From Aulosira sp. ZfuVER01 (lineage in GTDB: Bacteria; Cyanobacteriota; Cyanobacteriia; Cyanobacteriales; Nostocaceae), in the NCBI GenBank assembly GCA_034530615.2, contig JAVRCV020000059.1:1-64000 (forward strand): DNA of 64,000 nt, in the 5' to 3' direction. The notes beneath the pieces were generated by a model, which was given only the letters and a program-made list of their open reading frames with translations, made no database searches and was not told the origin of the DNA. Positions 60,618 to 64,000 of this stretch are shown piece by piece (position 1 is the first letter of the stretch; every line of letters starts with the position of its first letter). The position numbers and the translations under genes were made by a program.

Positions 60618-60714
60618 TTTAACCAAATGATAACTATATTTAAACCTGCTAAAACTTAATTACCAAACAAAATATATAAGTTTAACTTTTTGGTAATAAA
60701 CCATTCCTTAACCA
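60618..60714 (+). promoter_or_regulatory. Two Pho-box-like repeat sets
   Basis: TTTAACCA-aat-GATAACTA-tat-TTAAACCT (60618-60647) and ATAAACCA-ttc-CTTAACCA (60696-60714). Confidence 0.65.
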
Positions 60715-61082
60715 TTTCACAATTTTTTCAAAACTTTTGCAATGTATTTTAATTTATATGTTGTGACTTTTGATACTTAAATGCTCTAGCAGAATCTTAA
60801 TTCTAGTGATGGTTGATAGTTTATGGTTGAGCATTAATTACTTGAATAAAACACGGCACTTAATTAAAGAATAGAAATATCAGCCGTATCTTCGTCATTT
60901 GTTATTGGTTTTTATTGATGACAAATGAGCCGAGACTTCATCTGAAAAAGAGTGAATTATCTTAAAAGTCAATTACATACTTGAACCAAAAACTTATATT
61001 TTTGCCATCTCTAGTAGATTAAGTTTTTGATGCTACTGAGCAAAGACTATCTAGACAATTAAACACACGGAGATTCTCTTTC

Positions 61083-64000
61083 ATGGCTAAGAACGTCATC
61101 ATTATGATTGGGGATGGTATGGGCTGGGAAATGGCTCGTGCTGCATCCATATATAAAGAGATTCAAAATGGTAAGACAGGTGCTAATCTTAGCGATTTTT
61201 ATACAGAAGGTAAGGGTCAAGGATTAAACTTTCAAACGCTCCAAGGTTACGGTTTAGTAACTACCTATGGCACAACGATCGCAGATAGCAAAGGAGTATT
61301 TAGTACTGGTAACTCAGCTCTAGATGGTACTAATCCAATCACTGGTGAGAGTCCGGTTCGTCCTGGTTTCAAATTTGACCCAACTTTTAACCCAGGTAAT
61401 ACCCCAACAGGTGGTGCAAAAGTCAGTGACGGTGCTGTTGGTAACTTAGTAGGTTACGACCCAGCTAAAGGTGGCGTTAACCCTTGGACTCCTGGTAGTG
61501 ACCCGGAATATATTAAATACAGCTATCCCGACTCTGCAAACACTGCTACTACTCTCTACACTGGAGTCAAAAGCTACAACAACGCTATTGGCGTTGATAT
61601 TTTTGAAGATCCTCTGGAAACAATTCTCAAAACCGCCAACGAAGTTGGTAAATCAACTGGTTTGGTAACTTCAGTTCCCATCGACCATGCAACACCTGGT
61701 GCAGCGGCTGCTAACGTTAACCGTCGCAGCAAGTATGATGGCGACTATCCGGCATTGGATAACATTCTGCAACAGGAACTCCGGGTCTATCAACCAACGG
61801 TATTACTTGGTGGTGGTCATCCACTCTCTGCACCTGGAGACATATTACCAACAGGGGTTGAGCCAAATACAAGCAATGAATTTATTGGTAAGGATACTTA
61901 CAAAGAACTTAGCACTAAACCAACTAGTAACCGCTACGATTACACCTTTTTAGAGCGGGGTCAGGATGCGGCCAAGAAATTAGCTGAAACTGCGGCAAAA
62001 CTCGATCCAGAAAAAGGCGATCGCCTCTTCGGTCTGTACGGTGCGCGCGGTCAAAATGGTAACTTGCCTGTCAGTTCTGCTAACGGTGACTACAGCACCA
62101 CCGGTTTAGATATGTTTAGCGTTTTCACTAACCAAGGTGATAACGCAAAAGTAGATACCAAGCGTCCTCTACTTCCAGGGGAGACGGATGCATCTTTTAT
62201 TGCCAAAGAGGTTAACGAAAACCCCACCCTCAATGACCTGACAAACGCTGCATTAAACGTTCTGGGTAAAGACCCCGACGGTTTCTGGTTGATGGTTGAG
62301 GGTGGCGATATTGACTGGTCAGCCCATGATGACAACATGGACAACTTGATCGGTACCACGTTGGACTTCGATAAAGCAGTTGGCTCAACAATTGACTGGA
62401 TTAACAACAATGGTGGTTGGGAAGACAACCTCCTCATCGTGACTGCTGACCACGATCACTACCTAACTCTCAACGGTGACTTTCCGACTTTAGTATCAAA
62501 TAAAGGTGCTGAAGCGTTAACCAACCTGGATACACCAGCAGAAGTAGGACACTACTGGGGTTCCGATCCTAATGTTAAGTATGGTTGGGGAAGCCACGCC
62601 AACCGTCCAGTACCCGTCTACTACCAAGGTGCTGGTTCAGAAGTGCTAACTAACTTGGCAGGTAAAGGGTATGAAGCCTACGGTTATCAGATTCCTGGAA
62701 TTGCGGGTTTAAACGATCAAACCCACATTTACCAGACGATGTTCGCTTCCATAGTACCCAAAGTTGAGTTAGTCGGTTTTGCTTCTCTCCCAGCTGACAC
62801 TTTTAGCGAAGGGCCTGCTTCTGGTAAGGGAATTTCCGCCAACGGTAGAACCGGGCCTTTCCCCGGACAGCCAGTACAAGGCTTTAGTGGCGTACAATTT
62901 GCTAACAGTAACTCTTTCTACTTCCTGTCAGACAATGGCTACGGTAGCAAAGATAATAGTGCAGATTTTCTGCTGCGTATCCAACGTTTAGACCCGAATT
63001 TTAAGGGAGCAGAAAATGGTGATGGCAGCGTCAAGTTTTTAGACTACATCCAATTATCTGACCCAGATAAAAAGGTTCCTTTCAAAATTGTGAATGAAGG
63101 AACTACAGAAAGAGCGCTGACTGGTGCAGACTTTGATGTTGAGTCATTTGTCTTTGATAAAGACGGTAGCATCTGGGTAGGTGAAGAGTTTGGCCCCTAT
63201 TTATTGCATTTTGATAGCACTGGTAAATTGTTAGAGGCCCCTATTGCTACACCCGACGAATTCAAGACTTTAGATGGTAAAGCGCCAAAAGTTCTTGGTC
63301 ATAGAGGTGCAAGCGGCTATCGTCCAGAGCATACCCTTGAGTCATATAAACTCGCTATTGAGCAAGGTGCTGACTTTATTGAGCCAGACTTGGTAGTTAC
63401 CAAAGATGGTGTGCTAATTGCCCGCCATGAACCTGCTTTAGCAATTTTGAATGCTGATGGTACTGTCAATCTCAGCAATACAACCACAGATGTTTACAAC
63501 CGTCCTGAGTTTGCTAACCGCAAGAAAACTGTAAGTTTGGATGGAACCCAAATTACAGGTTGGTTTGCTGAAGACTTTACTTTAGCTGAAATCAAACAAT
63601 TACGGGCAGTAGAGCGTTTACCTTTCCGCGATCATTCCTTTGATAGCCAATTGGAAATTCCTACCTTGAAGGAAGTGATTGATCTAGTAAAGGATGTGGA
63701 AGCTAAGACAGGGAAAAAGATTGGCATCTATCCTGAAACCAAGCATCCAACTTACTTCCAGCAAGAAGCTACTTATGTAGGCACTACAGAGAAAATTAAC
63801 AGAAATATTAGTCAGCTGTTAATCGATACTCTGAAAGCAAATAACTTCACCGATCCTAGCCGCATTTTCATCCAGTCCTTTGAAGTAGGGAACCTAAAAC
63901 AGCTGCATGATACGATCATGCCTGCCGCTGGGGTGGATATCCCACTTGTGCAACTTTTGGATGCTAGTGATGTTGACATCAACGGCAAGATTATCGAAAG
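61083..64000 (+). CDS. Large multidomain phosphatase (3' truncated by the window): PhoA-type alkaline phosphatase + partial esterase/phytase-like domain + glycerophosphodiester phosphodiesterase
   Basis: ATG 61083 with ggag [16 protein letters not shown] (catalytic Ser), [35 protein letters not shown] from 62763; [14 protein letters not shown] and FIEPDLV from about 63297. These anchors share one frame; the ORF is absent from the track, presumably because it has no stop. Confidence 0.92.
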   Translation, partial: MAKNVIIMIGDGMGWEMARAASIYKEIQNGKTGANLSDFYTEGKGQGLNFQTLQGYGLVTTYGTTIADSKGVFSTGNSALDGTNPITGESPVRPGFKFDPTFNPGNTPTGGAKVSDGAVGNLVGYDPAKGGVNPWTPGSDPEYIKYSYPDSANTATTLYTGVKSYNNAIGVDIFEDPLETILKTANEVGKSTGLVTSVPIDHATPGAAAANVNRRSKYDGDYPALDNILQQELRVYQPTVLLGGGHPLSAPGDILPTGVEPNTSNEFIGKDTYKELSTKPTSNRYDYTFLERGQDAAKKLAETAAKLDPEKGDRLFGLYGARGQNGNLPVSSANGDYSTTGLDMFSVFTNQGDNAKVDTKRPLLPGETDASFIAKEVNENPTLNDLTNAALNVLGKDPDGFWLMVEGGDIDWSAHDDNMDNLIGTTLDFDKAVGSTIDWINNNGGWEDNLLIVTADHDHYLTLNGDFPTLVSNKGAEALTNLDTPAEVGHYWGSDPNVKYGWGSHANRPVPVYYQGAGSEVLTNLAGKGYEAYGYQIPGIAGLNDQTHIYQTMFASIVPKVELVGFASLPADTFSEGPASGKGISANGRTGPFPGQPVQGFSGVQFANSNSFYFLSDNGYGSKDNSADFLLRIQRLDPNFKGAENGDGSVKFLDYIQLSDPDKKVPFKIVNEGTTERALTGADFDVESFVFDKDGSIWVGEEFGPYLLHFDSTGKLLEAPIATPDEFKTLDGKAPKVLGHRGASGYRPEHTLESYKLAIEQGADFIEPDLVVTKDGVLIARHEPALAILNADGTVNLSNTTTDVYNRPEFANRKKTVSLDGTQITGWFAEDFTLAEIKQLRAVERLPFRDHSFDSQLEIPTLKEVIDLVKDVEAKTGKKIGIYPETKHPTYFQQEATYVGTTEKINRNISQLLIDTLKANNFTDPSRIFIQSFEVGNLKQLHDTIMPAAGVDIPLVQLLDASDVDINGKIIE

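Larger units (their letters stand above)
463..62024. repeat. HIP1 octamer GCGATCGC dispersed throughout
   Basis: Roughly 60-70 copies by eye (e.g. 463, 24312, 24336, 25045, 25402, 25467, 28148), in both CDS and intergenic DNA. Confidence 0.95.

Noticed and set aside
61471..62991. Short ORFs 61471-61668, 61687-61953, 62090-62437 and 62779-62991
   Set aside because: Alternative-frame or antisense fragments within the long phosphatase ORF starting at 61083.

Overview
Chromosomal window from a filamentous heterocyst-forming cyanobacterium (Nostocales-like). The assignment rests on the dense HIP1 octamer GCGATCGC (roughly 60-70 copies by eye), heptamer/nonamer STRR tracts and small dispersed repeats (SDRs). 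0.4-17 kb is mostly housekeeping (glyA, Tic20, FAH-family, rpsF, STAS, DedA, argG, GT2, rpsB-tsf, recG). Next come a YbhGFSR-like ABC exporter, pgr5, a decaying toxin-antitoxin patch whose modules are bracketed by HIP1 sites, an APC transporter, a 21-nt tandem array, a DUF1338 (HglS-like) plus class-III aminotransferase operon, an RND pump and a double beta-propeller protein. A stress block follows (pirin, Dps, AKR/AraC, DCC, treZ-treY-treH), then a PEP-CTERM/solute-binding-protein divergent pair, and two giant multidomain phosphatases, each preceded by Pho-box-like repeats; the second runs off the window and is absent from the ORF track. No rRNA, tRNA, CRISPR, transposase or integrase was recognised. 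The best leads are the HIP1-delimited TA cassettes, the nested structured SDRs (one in-frame inside a gene), a putative cyanobacterial lysine/2-oxoadipate catabolic operon, an S6:S18-type rpsF leader and a recurrent palindromic motif upstream of stress genes. All family assignments come from motif recognition, not database searches.
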